DNA of 64,000 bases from Lingula anatina (taxonomy: Eukaryota; Animalia; Brachiopoda), in NCBI GenBank assembly GCA_051362555.1, contig CM120641.1:1798001-1862000 (forward strand), given 5' to 3'. The notes under the pieces were generated by a model. The model was not told the DNA's origin, ran no database searches, and saw nothing but the letters and a program-made list of their open reading frames with translations. Position 1 is the stretch's first letter. Each line of letters starts with the position of its first letter. Of this stretch, positions 1-14,099 are shown piece after piece. A program made the position numbers and the translations under genes.

Positions 1-97
1 ATGCATATTTTGAGTGGAGCATTTGAAATCTTTTTCCTTAATTGCATCATTGTAATTCATTCAGTTTCAACTCCAGCAGTTTTTTTTTATGCAGTAA

Positions 98-319
98 GGG
101 CCCCTTTACACTGGACGGCGTCCTTTCTGCGTCCAGCAGTACGGCCCTATTTGAGAGTTAAAAAATTATAATACTTTACGTGCCGACACTGGCCGATCAT
201 TGAGCATTCATTCTGATACAAAATCAATGCTCCTGCCTCCTAATTAAGACCACAGCGATGTCAAATTTCATGGTCGCAGAAAGGACGCAGAAAGGACGCC
301 GTCCAGTGTAAAGGGGGTA
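98..319. mobile_element. MITE, PIF/Harbinger-like
   Basis: ~35-bp inverted arms cccctttacactggacggcgtcctttctgcgtcc / ggacgcagaaaggacgccgtccagtgtaaagggg; TAA on both sides (95-97, 320-322). Confidence 0.7.
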
Positions 320-1157
320 TAACTGCTCAATCGGTTTTTCAGACTCGAAGTGAATTATAAGTGATGTTGCTAAAATCTTAAAACTTCTTGAGAGTAACTT
401 TCATTATCAGCAATTCTTTAATTTTCTAAAAAGTCTAGATATTATTTTATCTGTTCAAACTTTTCCATCAATTTTGAAAACATAAGTAAGAAATCATTTA
501 TAGTGTAAACTTGCTGAAAAACATACTTATGTAGCTTGCTGAAAAACATACTTATGTAGCTTATGGACTTGTAAACATTTCCATCTATTGGAGAGATAAT
601 TTGCAATATTGTTAAAGGTTTTCTCTGCACATGCCTGTGCTGCTAATTTGTGTTAGGGTAAAGTTGAGGATCAACCAAACAAGTGTTGCAAAAGTTTGTA
701 CTTTTGGATTTGATTAATTTTGTCATCTCTTGAAGAAGTAAACATTTGAGTCATGTCAGTGGTATACATACCTCCCTGTCTACAAGTTCCCTGCTGCTAC
801 AATGTTGGTAAATTGATACTACACTACTGGCCATTCCAATTTCAAAGTTAAAGAGTTCAACAGCACATCAGCTAAATGTAAAATTAATGTAATTTTATCT
901 TTTTGTTTACATGACTGATATTGTTCTTTGTAACCCTGAACCTTTTTTTGTTACATTTGCTGAACTTTAAACAAGCAGAATCAATACAGCAAGTCAGAAT
1001 TTTGGAAATATTGTCCACAGTGACACTGCTGTGATTTAAATGTTTACTCTGTATGGAATGATGTAAAGTTTTTTTTTTTTTGAAAAGTTTGTGACAGTTT
1101 AAGCTCAAGGCCATGTGTTACATTTAGACTGAATGTAGCCTAAAGTGATTATTTTAA

Positions 1158-1494
1158 AGGGATAATAACTCTTCGTATGAGATCTATATTTCACAATAAA
1201 AACATTGTGAATAACTCATAGAAATATAATATATTCTGTTTTACCACAAAAACAGCAGTTATAGCTTTTATTCTGATATTTGAACTTGTCTTTAGACCAC
1301 GTGACCTCCATTGATGTCTATACTCTGTTAAAATCTCTTAAGAGATTTTAACAAAAAACCAAACTTTTTAGAAAAAAACCAGGGACTAACTTTGAATGTA
1401 AAAATGGATTCATTAACCATTGGTAAGTATGGGAAAATTGTTGTTTACTCCAGGAAAATTCATTTTTTGGCCGAAACGAAGAGTTATTATTGCT
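1158..1494. mobile_element. TTAA-flanked MITE (Kolobok/T2-like), copy 1
   Basis: TTAA at 1154-1157 and 1495-1498; TIRs agggataataactcttcgt / acgaagagttattattgct; near-identical inverted copy at 6221-6557; perfect 28-bp central palindrome 1326-1353. Confidence 0.8.
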
Positions 1495-1551
1495 TTAAAT
1501 GAGTGCATGGGGTGCTGCTTACAATAGTTTTCTCAGTTGTACGATGGCATG

Positions 1552-1720
1552 CAGGCCCGTAGCCAGCAAATTTAAAAGGGGGGTTCTTTTTTCTGAAAAA
1601 GTGGACCTTTTTCCATAAAAACTTCATGAAGCTAGATCAAATATTACCCAGAGTGGACCTTTTCCCAGCAAAAGGGGCGGTTCTTTCGAACCCCCCGAAC
1701 CCCCCCTGGTTACGGGCCTG
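1552..1720. mobile_element. MITE with CAGGCCCGTA TIRs
   Basis: caggcccgtagccag...ctggttacgggcctg flanked by direct gcatg; diverged second copy at 7659-7808. Confidence 0.7.
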
Positions 1721-1913
1721 GCATGTCTTCACCTTTTTTTTTTTGACCAGCCCACCCAGTAACACTGGTTCAGCTGATACCTTAATTATCCACTATCTCT
1801 TCTTTGATCTTTACTCCCCCCCCCCCCCTCCCCCCATGTTTACTGCCAAACAAGACCCTGGCATCATAAGATCTCCTTCTCTATCTCTGTAACTGACTTC
1901 TGCTCCTGGTTAA

Positions 1914-4560
1914 TTGTACCACCAGCGTAGGCGCTGGCGGTACACATGGTTTTAGTCCCGACCCGTATGTTCCGCCGGCTCCTGCAGCTCCGCCGGCTCC
2001 TGCGGCTCCGCCGCCAAGTCACCGTTACCGCTTCTCCTCCTAGACGGTAATGGCCTCCATACCCATCTCTTGGATTTAGGTCACCTATAATCTCAACTCG
2101 TTCCACGTAAAATTTGGGCTTTGTCGGTATTGGGGTCTAGGTGTGGCACTCATTGCAATGCACCCTTGTCCAAAAATGGCAAAATTAAATGCTTATTATC
2201 TCCCCTACAGAAGGAATTATGGGAAAAATTTCTACAGACAGCTTTCCAAAAGTCATATGTGTAGATTTCAAATATGCCCTTGGATTTGACCTTTGACCTT
2301 TATTTCAAGGTCAAACGGGCCAAAATTTTCAAAAAAACAAAATTTTTGCCGAAAAAAAAATTATTTGCGGTCTTATTCAGACACCACACAGACTTAACTA
2401 ATAATATTAATGGAAAGTGTTACCCTTCAGGTCATCTTTCATCTCCGTGAATTTGGGGTCAATCGGTGCATTTTCACGGGATTAGCGGCCATAAGATATC
2501 AAAACTGAAAACTGTCTCTAAATCGGGAACCGTTAATGCTAGACACCCATTCTTTTTTGCATTTTGTAGAGCATGTAAAGCCCAACACTGGAGGTGGTCT
2601 CCGTTTTTTTTGTATTCCATACGGTTTTCGAGTTACACTGTATCAAAAAGTACATATTGGTGGTGAAAGCAAAATGTGCAGTACGGTAATGGATAATAAA
2701 TTTTGAACTCCGGAAAAATAAAACATAAGGCTTGGCAAAGCAGACAACTTGTGGTCAAAAATGACATTATTTCATCAAATTTGAACATCTGGAACTTCAG
2801 AGCACCTCCCATTTCAAGAATTTTGACCAAAATGACCTTTTCTTTATTTTAATTAATTTTTTCTGTAGGAAATTTATGGCACATTATGGTAACTCCAAAA
2901 TTATAACATTTAGTCCCTTATATCTCCAAAACTGGCAGAGATAGGCCCATAGTTACTATTGAAGTTGAATAGGAAGACATATACTGGCAATCTACATGTG
3001 ACCTTAAAATTGACCTTTGACCTACTTTTCACCATGAACTGAACTTTGCAAATTTTGCTTCCCTTTTATCTCCAAAACTGGCAGAGATAGGTCCATAGTT
3101 TCTATTGAACTTGAATAGGAAGTCATATACTGGCAATCTACATGTGACCTTAAAATTAACCTTTGACCTACTTTTCACCATGAACTGAACTTTGCAAATT
3201 TTGCTTCCCTTTTATCTCCAAAACTGGCAGAGATAGGTCCATAGTCTCTATTGAACTTGAATAGGAAGTCATATACTGGCAATCTACGTGTGACCTTAAA
3301 ATTGACCTTTGACCTAATTTTCACCATGAACTGAACTTTGCAAATTTTGATTCCCTTTTATCTCCAAAACTGGCAGAGATAGGTCCATAGTTACTATTGA
3401 AGTTGAATAGGAAGTCATATACTGGCAATCTAAATGTGACCTTAAAATTGACCTTTGACCTACTTTTCACCAAGAACTGAACTTTGCAAATTTTGCTTCC
3501 ATTTTATCTCGAAAGTTAAGCTGTATCAAAAAGTCATATTGGTGGTGAAAGCAAAATATGCAGTACGGTAATGGATAATAAATTTTGAACTCCGGAAAAA
3601 TTAAACATTAGGCTTGGCAAAGCAGACAACTTGTGGTCAAAAATGACATTATTTCATCAAATTTGAACATCTGGAACTTCTGAGCACCTCCCATTTCAAG
3701 AATTTTGACCAAAATGACCTTTTCTCTATTTTAATTAATTTTTTCTGTAGGAAATATATGGCACATTATGGTAACTCCAAAATTATAACATTTAGTCCCT
3801 TATATCTCCAAAACTGGCAGAGAGAGGTCCATAGTTACTATTGAAGTTGAATAGGAAGACATATACTGGCAATCTAAATGTGACCTTAAAATTGACCTTT
3901 GACCTACTTTTCACCATGAACTGAACTTTGCAAATATTGATTCCCTTTTATCTCCAAAACTGGCAGAGATAGGTCCATAGTCTCTATTGAAGTTGAATAG
4001 GAAGTCATATACTGGCAATCTAAAAGTGACCTTAAAATTGACATTTGACCTACTTTTCACCATGAACTGAACTTTGCATATTTTGCTTCCCCTTTATCTC
4101 CAAAACTGGCAGAGATAGGTCCATAGTTACTATTGAACGTGAATAGGAAGTCATATACTGGCAATCTAAGTGTGACCTTGAAATTGACCTTTGACCTACT
4201 TATTATCATGAACTGAACTCTGCTAATTTCTTTCTCTTTTAACTCCAAACCTGGCAGAGATAGGCCCATAGTTACTATTGAAGTTGAATAGGAAGTCATA
4301 TACTGGCAATTTACTGTGACCTTGGAATTGACCTTTGACCTACCTTACGATGAACTTAACTTTGATTGTACCATTTGTAGTAATATATATATTTTTTGCA
4401 TATTTTGAAAATTCTTGTTGATTGCATTTTTACAGCTTGTCAAGCACAAGACTGGTGGCTGTGTTCCTTATTTTGTATATGTGGGGGTCTATACGAATGC
4501 GCTTGCTCCAGCTGGTGGTACAATATTCGGAGGCGGTATCGCCTCTCTGATCCTCTAGTT
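1914..4560 (+). mobile_element. Non-autonomous Helentron-type (HINE-like) element with internal 146-bp satellite, copy 1
   Basis: subTIRs ttgtaccaccagc / gctggtggtacaa; 5' hairpin; GC-rich 9-mer microsatellite; 3' palindrome gaggcg-gtat-cgcctc; CTAGT end in a TT context; 4+4 units of 146 bp separated by a duplicated ~298-bp module. Confidence 0.85.
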
Positions 4561-6220
4561 CTTCCTGGACATCAATGATTGTCACTGGGGAGCCATGTGA
4601 GAGAGCATGGCAGCTCTTATCTGGTCAATTTGCTGCTAGCTCAGCAACTGGGCAGAAATGTATGACTGGGTTCCCATACCTAGATTGATCTAACAGGATC
4701 GATCCATCTCCAAGGGATTTCTTTCTTAATTGCGTTCAGCTTAAGTCAGCTTAGATGTCTGGCATGCCTACTGAAGATGCTAAACGATAATTACTTTCTA
4801 GCAGCTTCAGTAGGCGTGACAGACATCGAAGCCACTTAAGCTAAAAGCAATTTAGCGAGAATCCCCTCTGAGATAGATTCAGTGCACTCGGTAGGATTTT
4901 TCTAAGGGAGTACCGTACCCCTTGCCCAAAAAAAGAAGGGGTAATTTTCAAAATGAAGGGGTAAAATTAAAAAATGCTCATCAAGGTGTAATTTAAATAC
5001 AACAAGTACGACTGCACTTCATAGCCAAAAATTTACAATCTATTCTTGACTGAGATTTAAAAATGCTCCTGGCCTAACTGCTTCCTTAGTAAAGTTTTTA
5101 AAAAAACTAGGTCAAACAAGCGCTCTGTAATAGTTGGGAGAGGGAGAGATAGAGAACGGCGCCAAAATGTCTGGACACTGACAAGTAGTCACCCAGTATC
5201 ATCTCTGTCAAACAAGCATTTTTTAGTATACTATTTGAGAAGGGACACAAAATTTACATATTTAGCCATTTTAATCAATCAAAATGTTCATACTTCTTAC
5301 TCTTCCTAGTGTTTCTCCCTAAAATTGATGCCGACAAAAAGTAGGTCAAGTCGGGAATATTAGGCACCCGTCGTTTTTAAGTTTTACTAAATTGTTTATA
5401 AAAATTAAACCTTTGCTTTCAATTTGTAAATAATTAATAGAAATATTATTTCACAGTTTGTTGAAAGATAATTTTTATTTATGTTTGTTAGCGCAGCACT
5501 TCAAGTTCAACTGTTTTCTAAGCTGGCCAAATCTGGAGCTAGCCGGTTGCTGCAAACCACTTTGTTTCCAACCGGCAAATGACTGCCAATAATAAACAAT
5601 CTATTTTGTCTGTGATAATAAATTTTACACTTCAAATTTTCCGGGCAAGTGAACAGCTGAAAGTCACTTGCGTTTCCAGGCAACTACCAGCTAAATTTTA
5701 GTTGCCCGGCTGATAAAACTAGTTGCGAAACGCAACCATCGCAAGTAGGTATGTCGGACTCTGAAATCTATAGTAAATAACTTTGCCTACCTTGCATGAC
5801 AAAACCTTTTAATTGACGGTTGTTTTTTCCTTTGCTTTTCCTTTTTCTCGTCATTTTGTCATCACCGGTAATCAGCAGAGCTGGAAATTCCCGGTCGCCC
5901 GCTCGTCAAATGCGACTAAAAAATTTATTCTGACGACTAAAACTACAAAAGTCACAAGGGTTACTGGCCTAAAGTATTTGGTCTGGGCGAGTGATTTAAA
6001 TTGGTCCTAAACGTATGGTTGCTCAATTAAAATGTTGAACAATTATGTGAATAAAAAAACGATCATTTCATCGTTGTTCATACCTTGTTTATACTAAAGA
6101 GAGGCACACGTGCTTTGACCTAAAACTTGCATATTATGACCAATCAGAGAAGATTACGTCATCCTCTGCGGGTCAGTGAAAGAAGAAGCATGTTTTAGTC
6201 GGGTAATTCAAATATCTTAA

Positions 6221-6557
6221 AGCAATAATAACTCTTCGTTTCGGCCAAAAAATGAATTTTCCTGGAGTAAACAACAATTTTCCCATACTTACCAATGGTT
6301 AATGAATCCATTTTTACATTCAAAGTTAGTCCCTGGTTTTTTTCTTAAAAGTTTGGTTTTTTGTTAAAATCTCTTAAGAGATTTTAACAGAGTATAGACA
6401 TCAATGGAGGTCACGTGGTCTAAAGACAAGTTCAAATATCAGAATAAAGGCTATAACTGCTGTTTGTGTGGTAAAACAGAATATATTATATTTCTATGAG
6501 TTATTCACAAGGTTTTTATTATGAAATATAGATCTCATACGAAGAGTTATTATCCCT
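6221..6557. mobile_element. TTAA-flanked MITE (Kolobok/T2-like), copy 2, inverted relative to copy 1
   Basis: Reverse complement of 1158-1494, same 337-bp length; TTAA at 6217-6220 and 6558-6561. Confidence 0.8.
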
Positions 6558-7658
6558 TTAAGAAAAAAATGAGACACTTGGGAATCAATTATGACATTTT
6601 CAACATGAGTCTGACCGTCAACAGTCAACGGACTGGTCAACTTCGCCGATCTTCAAAGCCAAAGGTGTGCGTATTCGTACGCGCTGGGGCTCCAGCCAAT
6701 GCGTAAAAACAGCAAAACAACGCGTAATTACGCACTCTCATACGCTAACGAGTTTACTGTAGATTGATCCACAGTAAGTTCGATATTCTCTGGGAATGGT
6801 CCCTATATCATATTTCTCAGGGGCGGTGTTGACAATTGATAGAAGAGAATTCGAAACGACTGCTGGTTTAGTGAATACAACTGCAGCAGTGATTGCGAAA
6901 GAGATTGAAAACTTACCAGACATGTGGGCTGGAGCAAATTAAATTTTGTCTGCCCACACCTTTTTTTACCGGCCCACAACAAAATAATTAAGCTGTTTAT
7001 TTTCACTTCATTTTTGATGAATATTATTGTCTGGCATTTTAAATCGCTGCTTTTTAATTTTCAGGCCAGATGTAATAGGATATTTAAAGGTTTAAGTTTA
7101 AACGTCTTTCATTTTGGTTGCTTTCTGGCATCCTTTTTACATCTGGGTTGCTTATCTTAATTTCTAATCTTTTAACACAAGATCATGTATCCTTTGTAAA
7201 TTTTATTCCAATTTTTGAGTAAAATTAAAATATAAGTCATAGTGAAGTGGAGCTTCCAACTTATCTAACTTTTTTTAGATTTTCACTCTTGGAAAAATGC
7301 TTGTCTGTTTGTTAGCAGGGATTGTCCTGGGTCAAAATCTGGTCGGGCCATTTTGGACCACTTGGCCATTTTTTTTTAAATGTGTGCCGTGAATTATTTA
7401 AAGAAAATTCATTGTATTTCAATATTTTTTATATGATAAAATTCAATGAAAAAAGGCTTGATGCTACTACTCTGAAGTCCTAAATAATTGTAGTGTGTGG
7501 AAAAATCTTCCAAAATAAACATACTGTCCGAAAAATTGTACAGTATTTAATGAAAAAATCTTCAGAATTGATAATTGCACTATGCCAAATAATTGCACTA
7601 CATGGAAAAGGTAGACAAATTCCATTTTTATTGTAAAATAAAGCTATTGCTCTCATAG

Positions 7659-7808
7659 CAGGCCCGTAGCCAGCAATTTTAAAAGGGGGAGGGTCTTTTT
7701 CCATAAAAACGCCGTGTACCTAGATCAAATTTTACCAAGAGTGGACCTTTTGTCAGCATAAGAGGCGGTTCTTTCGAAACCCCTAAACCATCCCTGGGTA
7801 CGGACCAG
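7659..7808. mobile_element. MITE, diverged copy of 1552-1720
   Basis: Shares caggcccgtagccagcaa, ctagatcaaa, gtggacctttt and gcggttctttcgaa blocks. Confidence 0.6.
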
Positions 7809-9694
7809 AGTCTGAAAAGAATCTTTATTCAATATCTAAGCTAGTTCGTTTAGATGAATATAATGGACAGTTTTGCACCCTGACTGTGCCATTGCGGATT
7901 TTCCTCATTGAAAATGATGTTGTCCCTCATTTTGACATATAGCACCGCTAAAGGTGCAATATTACTTAAATATCCGTTAAAATTAGTTAAGAGCACCCAT
8001 CTAAAAAGCAAATGAATATTTCTCCTTTTCACTTATCGTTTACTCAACATGCAGTCCGACGGAAGCCATACTTGTTTACCCAGCACGTGTAGTTAGGTGT
8101 TCTCAGAGGTCCGCGCGTGGCCCGTCGTAAGCAGTTTGAGCGACCTGTTTTCAGTCTTGAGCAGTACGATTTTCATTGACCTGTAGTTGTTTCAGTTTCG
8201 ATACATTTTTTTGTGAAACGGGTCACATGTCAGCCCTCACACCATCGCTACGCACACTTCGAGCGACATTAAATGTACATAGACCTTTATTACAAAAAAT
8301 AGTGTTTGCTATTTGTACGCACCAGTATGGCGCAAGTTAAAGTTTTACTTGCGCACAGTGCGTACTTAGAGCTCTACGATAAGTTCAAATATGAGGCGAG
8401 GTGTCTGTTAAAGAAACCGACTTTAGTCCGTCGGACATGTGGGCCGATGAGTTAAAAGGGTTGTCCAGCCCACAGAATTTTTGCCGGCATATGGCCGTGG
8501 TCCGACGGCTTTCGCAATCACTGCTGCAGGTTTGTGCATTGCCTAATTATCCTTGTCTATTTGATTGTAGAACTGGCCACTGGGAGGCACCTTATGAGTA
8601 ATTAACTGCCAACCACCCATGCTTGTGTTCAAAGAGGGGGCAAGGGTCAGTGGAGCTCCAGCATTTAGTCCAGCAGCATCTAGTTGAACTGTACTCAGAG
8701 AATTCTAGGGGAACATTGGTTTGATTCAAGATGGACAAATACCGTTTTGCAGAAACCTTAAATGGCCAAGGACAGAAATGCTTGTAACAACTTTTTGTAA
8801 AAGTGTGGAATGACTGATCTTAGATGAGAGGAAATTTACACCTTGATTGATCCTATCCACTTGGTAGCAGTGCTGAATATTAATGACATTGAAGGGTAAG
8901 CAACAAGGTGGTAAATACCACTGACATTTTAGTTCTGTGTGGGTGTCTGAGTTTCATGTAAATTTGTACCATTAGTCTAAAATAGTTTATTCTGTGTAAA
9001 GCTTATGGTTTGGAAGGATCTCGGTATGCTTGTAAATAAGGGTAAACTTCTCAGCTTTCCAGTGCTCTTTAGATGTATTCTTATAAATGCTTGTGGATGT
9101 CAAAGGAAAAAAAAACAATCAAGCATGGTGTGTCTGTGACTTGCATACTCTAATGCCAAACATTGCAGGGTGTTTTGTTCCTGACAACTGTTGTGATTCA
9201 TGTCACATACACTCACTCATCAGCAAGGTGTGACATTGTGACATTCATTCATGCTTTGCATTCATGAGTATCACATGCACTTACCTATTACATAATAATG
9301 AGATAAATAAGTTGTCAACAAGTTTTGGAAGACGACAATCAGGTTGATGGTATTCTTCGTCCAGGAGGAGGTAAAGGAAAGCTATGCCTGAGTAATTAAG
9401 GGGAGGGGGGGGTTAAGGCAAATGCACTTCTACCCTGTAGATTCATAAAGCCTTTGATGAGCTGTCGCTTACTTATCTTTTTGGTTTATATGCTAAATGT
9501 GCAGTATCAGTGAACAGGTTGCTTAATTCAACTGTTGTTACAATACTCTTTAGCAAAGTTAGAGGTCAAGATGCCTCTGGCTTCAAAAAGTTCAGATAAT
9601 GTAACCATAATGTTTCTTTGTCTTTGCAGTGCTGAGTGACATAGAAGTTTACCATATGTTGTCCGTCACCACTACCCATTAACAGACAATCAAC

Positions 9695-12600
9695 ATGGGG
9701 CTCTTAACAAGACTAAGGCAGTGGAAGGCCACACATGATCTTCATACTGTCATCACTGTTGAACCTGTTCTATTTCTGTACATGTTGAGCACATTCCTGA
9801 AATTTCCCTCATTCCAGGCTTTGGCCATGTATAAGGTTTGCCTGCAGGAATACAATGACACAGTTTTGTGTGAGGATTTCTTCAACCACACCGATGAGAA
9901 GGACTACATAGAAAAAGAGGCCTCCCATTGGCTGCTGTACTGTAACATTGCCTTCACCACGCCTTCTGTTCTTGCTGTGATATTCATGGGGTCGTGGATA
10001 GACAAAGCACAGAGCAGAATTGTTCTGGTTTTACCAACTGTTGGACAGGTTGTAGAGGGAACATTGTTGTTACTTAACTCTGTGTATATCCACTTGCCTC
10101 TTGTTGCCTTCATACCAGGTTCACTAGCTGCTGGGATGTTTGGAGGGTTTGCCACACTTCTCATGGTCTGCTTCAGCTACATAACTGTGATAGCACAGGG
10201 AGAGAAGGAGCGCACTATCAGAGTAGCCATTTTGGAATCCATGACGTTCATTGCAGGTGGTCTGGGCTCTGGGCTATCTGGCCTTTTGAAAGATCGCTTT
10301 GGATTTGTGACAGTTTTTGCAGTATCTCTGGTTATAAGTGTTGTCCTGCTAGTGTATATAGTGGTGTGGATAAAGGAGCCACAGTCACACATAACTAGGA
10401 CAGAAATTACGTGTGGTCTGCTTTGTAATCATCGTCATTTTGTGGATACTGTGAAATGTGCCATGAAAGAAAGGCCAGGGAAAAGACGCTGTATCATTTG
10501 GTTATGTCTTGCTATATTTATAATGAGTCTGGTTGTATTTGGGGGTAAGTGGAATCAATACGCTAAGGACGGATAGTATAAGTGAGCTACTAGTATTGCC
10601 TGATTTCTAATATAGTAATTTAAATCTCCTTAATATCTTTGATAAAATATTTAACAGATTCCCATCTTTTTCTTAAGATCGTGCAAAGGTGAATTTCATG
10701 TTCGTTTTATGGTCATTTTGATTATGAAAAGTTGTAATACATAATGTTAATGCACCAAACATGTTGATGCCCATTTTATAGTATTCTTATCATTCATAAC
10801 ATGTTTTCTCCTCTGTCTTTTCTTCAGAGCTCTTGAATTGAGTTAATAAAAAGGCAATTTATTTTTATAGAGAAAAAAAAAATGCCAGGAACAATATTGA
10901 ATATTTTCCCCTAATTTTCTCCTTTCCCCCAACAGGTGCTCAGGATGTGACCTATCTCTATTTCAAGTATGTTATCAAAGATTGGACCACCGCTTTGTAT
11001 GGAGGATTCCTGGCTTTCAAGTTCACCATGTATGGTATAAGTCTCCTAGTTATCCTGCCTCTGCTGAAGAAATTTGGTTCGCTACGTGATGCCACACTAG
11101 GTGTCCTGGGTCTACTTGGAGCATGCGCTGGGTCAGTGATACTGATATTTACTACCACAGTGATGATGGCTTTCACAGGTAACTGATATGTGGGTTCACA
11201 TGAAAGCTGAACTCACTCTGAAATGCTTAATTAAAAAAGGTTAAAGAATGTAAAAGTTTCAAAAATATTATTGATTAGTGTTGCTTGATTGTAAAATGAA
11301 AAATTGGCTTGACAATGTAAACATAAATTTTGTACATTGTTTTTACCCTCTTGTTGGGAGATTTATTTTGAGAAAAAAATTAATTTAAATACAGAATTTA
11401 CTAGTAAATTGTATTGATAATTAATTGCCATGTTATTCAGTCAGTTGGTTATTGTTTCCAGTTCCTCTTTTCCTTGGAATGAAGGGCCTGTCAGCGGCAC
11501 CTATTAGAGCCATTATTTCAAAAATGGTGGAGGTGGAGGAACAAGGTAAGCAACAAGTTTTTCCCAAATTTAAATAAATTTAGGGTTGTCATTAGAGATC
11601 TTTTTCAACTCTAAATTAATCACATTTAAAGTCCTTTGTTCCAAATGTTCAAAGTGATGGTAAATAGACAAAGTTATTTAAATGATTCTGGCTTTTGACA
11701 GCTTGTCCAGGGTTCTGGTAAAGTACACAAACACGCAGGTCTCATGTCTTTTTGAATTGAATTTGCTCTTTTTGCACTTATTTTGCATCCAGGGTAGATG
11801 GACAATCTTTTCTTAACATTGTTACTACTATAAGCATTTTGTATAATAGTTGGTTTGAAACTTAAGCACATTTTAAGGCAGAAAATAATTTATAGGTAAT
11901 GGACATAGCCTTCTTCTTGACGTAAATATTTTTATTAGACTAAATTTGATTTATAAACTATTTTAAAGGCTGTATGGTCTAACAGTGTGTTTATGTGGTC
12001 TAGTTGTTAAGAAATAAGGTTTTATTACAAATAAATACGTAATATATCATGCATTTAAGTACGATGTCAATATTTGTTTTGCGCTGACACGATTTCTCAC
12101 CTTTTCTGTTAGTTTTATACAGCATGCGAAAATTGTGAATCGGACATGGATTTGATTCACAAAAAAAAAAATGTTTGTAATAAAAATTCCATTTACTTTC
12201 TCTGAACTAGAAAGTAGATATAAAACAACTTTTTGAAATATTAACATGATAGCTGATCTTGCTTAAGTGTAATAACAACATGGATTTCAGGTAAAATCTT
12301 TGCCATAGTTGCTGTGGTGGAGGTGGTGGGAGTGCTGATGGCATCCGTGATCTACAACAGTTTGTGGCCGGCTACTCTGGAGTTTTTTCCTGGCTTTGTG
12401 TTTGCTCTAAGCTTGGGGATACTGACATTTTCCTTGATTTTGATGCTGTAAGTACCACTTAAATATATTGCTTTATCTTGGTGTTTAGATAGATGTTTTT
12501 AACTGACAGTATGTCGCTTTTAAAATAATTTTTGTTAAAATAAGGCTGTAATATGCGAGTGAGAATCGTATAGAACAACTCTCGAGAAGAATGGAAATTA

Positions 12601-13170
12601 CAACTACTGATTTTATTTTTGTGGGTGCTGAGATACATAAAATGCATTACTACTGGGAGGTGACCTTAAGGGTCACTGCTGTCAAGCTTGTTTGGTTTTC
12701 ACTGCAACTTTGAGGATACTTGTTAGCAGTGACTTTAGAAGACCAGGCACTTGAACTGTAATGTTTGTCTGTATCCAGAATAACTGAATACTTGAACTAC
12801 CAATCATTAAAAATATAGCAACCTTCTTAAAGTTTATAGTTCAATATGATGTTGACTGTTTTGTTTAATTCCCAAATTACATTTTGTAAGAAATGAAAGG
12901 AAGTTTAATATAAAACGCCCATGATGGAGGGCAGTGGCATGAAGATTTTTAATAATAGCTTATACTTGACTGTAACAATTTCAGAAACGTTACATTTTAC
13001 TATATTGACACCTTGGGGTTTAACATTACTAAACATGTTTATTTGATAGGATTATAAGGCACCTGGTGTCTAAAGAAGTGGAGACTGGTCTTGCTTATGG
13101 AGTATTTGATGATGAAGATAAGGGAGAAGATGGAACTGAAACGAACATTATAGATCCTGCTCTAGCATAA
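9695..13170 (+). CDS. SLC46A3: SLC46-family MFS transporter (SLC46A3/PCFT-like), 5 coding exons, 484 aa
   Basis: Exons 9695-10544, 10936-11178, 11462-11545, 12291-12447, 13050-13170, all GT-AG and phase-consistent (1455 nt). Motifs ITVEPVLFLY, FSYIT..ERTIRVAILESM, IRAIISKMVEVEEQGKIFA, IYNSLWPATLEFFPGFVF; C-tail YGVF fits YxxPhi. Acceptor at 9628-9629 implies an upstream non-coding exon. Exact paralog uncertain. Confidence 0.88.
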
Positions 13171-13806
13171 CGGGGACAGATGTTCCAAGAATTATAGAGG
13201 ATCCGGTGGGTTGAACTCTGAACTCGGGGTGGATGACATTTTTCACAGATAAGATGTGCCACAAGATCATTGGACTGTCTCTACAGAAGTATTTTAATTC
13301 AAAGGTGCCACATGAAGCCTTCTGAAGGTTTGATAGAACTAATTGTTCTATAAATTTGTTGCCCATAGTGCTCTAGGAGAAAATTTCTTTTAGCCAAAAT
13401 GCTGGAAAATTTTGCGTTAAATTTGATATTTCCTTTAGTTATATAAGAATGTAAGCATTCTGCTAAAACATATTTTCCTAGTATGAGCATTGTGTTGCAT
13501 GTGTTATGGTGATTTATATACAGCAATATAAGTACTGCCCAATTATTGGTTTCAGGATTTTGTAGTTTTCCATTGAGGGGGGGAAAAAGTATTGGCACAT
13601 TGCCAAACTTATTGTGGAATTTGATCTGCTTCTTGCATAATTGCCCTTTGGCTTTTACTTTGTGCAACTGTTATTTTTTACTGCTACATTTGTCTTGGAT
13701 TAAGTATGTATTTTGAACTAGCTTCTACAAGAATCTTGTTTATTATATATAAAACATTTAACAGGTTTGTGTATCCTTTTCACCCTAGAGAGTTAAAAAC
13801 TATATA

Positions 13807-13985
13807 TGTAAAAATAGTGCAACCGTGGCACGACAACAAATGATTGTCTTTTCAAAAAGTCTTTATTCCGAATGATCTTACATAAAATACAGTACTTTCT
13901 TCACGTCAGATCACTGGTGTATCTCTCTCGAATTACGCGCCAAAAGCTTTTTATAGTATCGGGTCACATGACCCACATGACACAA
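13807..13985 (-). mobile_element. LTR-like fragment
   Basis: Minus strand shows TATAAAAAG, then AATAAAG, ending ...TTTTACA: the usual U3-R-U5 layout. Confidence 0.45.
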
Positions 13986-14099
13986 GAAGGGTGCTAACGT
14001 GTGATTCACTGGCCCAAGACAGGTTTTCAGTGGCCCTGGCCCAGCGTTAATGCTGAGCCCTGTCCTCAGTGATAGTGATTATGTGCAGTGTAAAGTCGG

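Noticed and set aside
1864-4578. Recurrent short ORFs (MERVEIIG, MVKILEMG, MTSYSTSI, MHILKILV), also near 20-23 kb and 33-36 kb
   Set aside because: They recur only because they lie in the repeated element; ends differ between copies and no Rep/helicase motifs are present
6738-6923. Possible first exon (ATGTCTG|GTAAG) of a minus-strand gene divergent from SLC46
   Set aside because: No downstream exons recognisable in 1-6700 and no protein similarity
8060-8130. Possible non-coding first exon of SLC46 (CpG-rich, GTAAG at ~8126)
   Set aside because: Plausible but cannot be supported without transcript data
9904-10392. Antisense ORFs over SLC46 exons, and similar ones over SLC9B and Fer exons
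   Set aside because: Shadow frames of real coding exons
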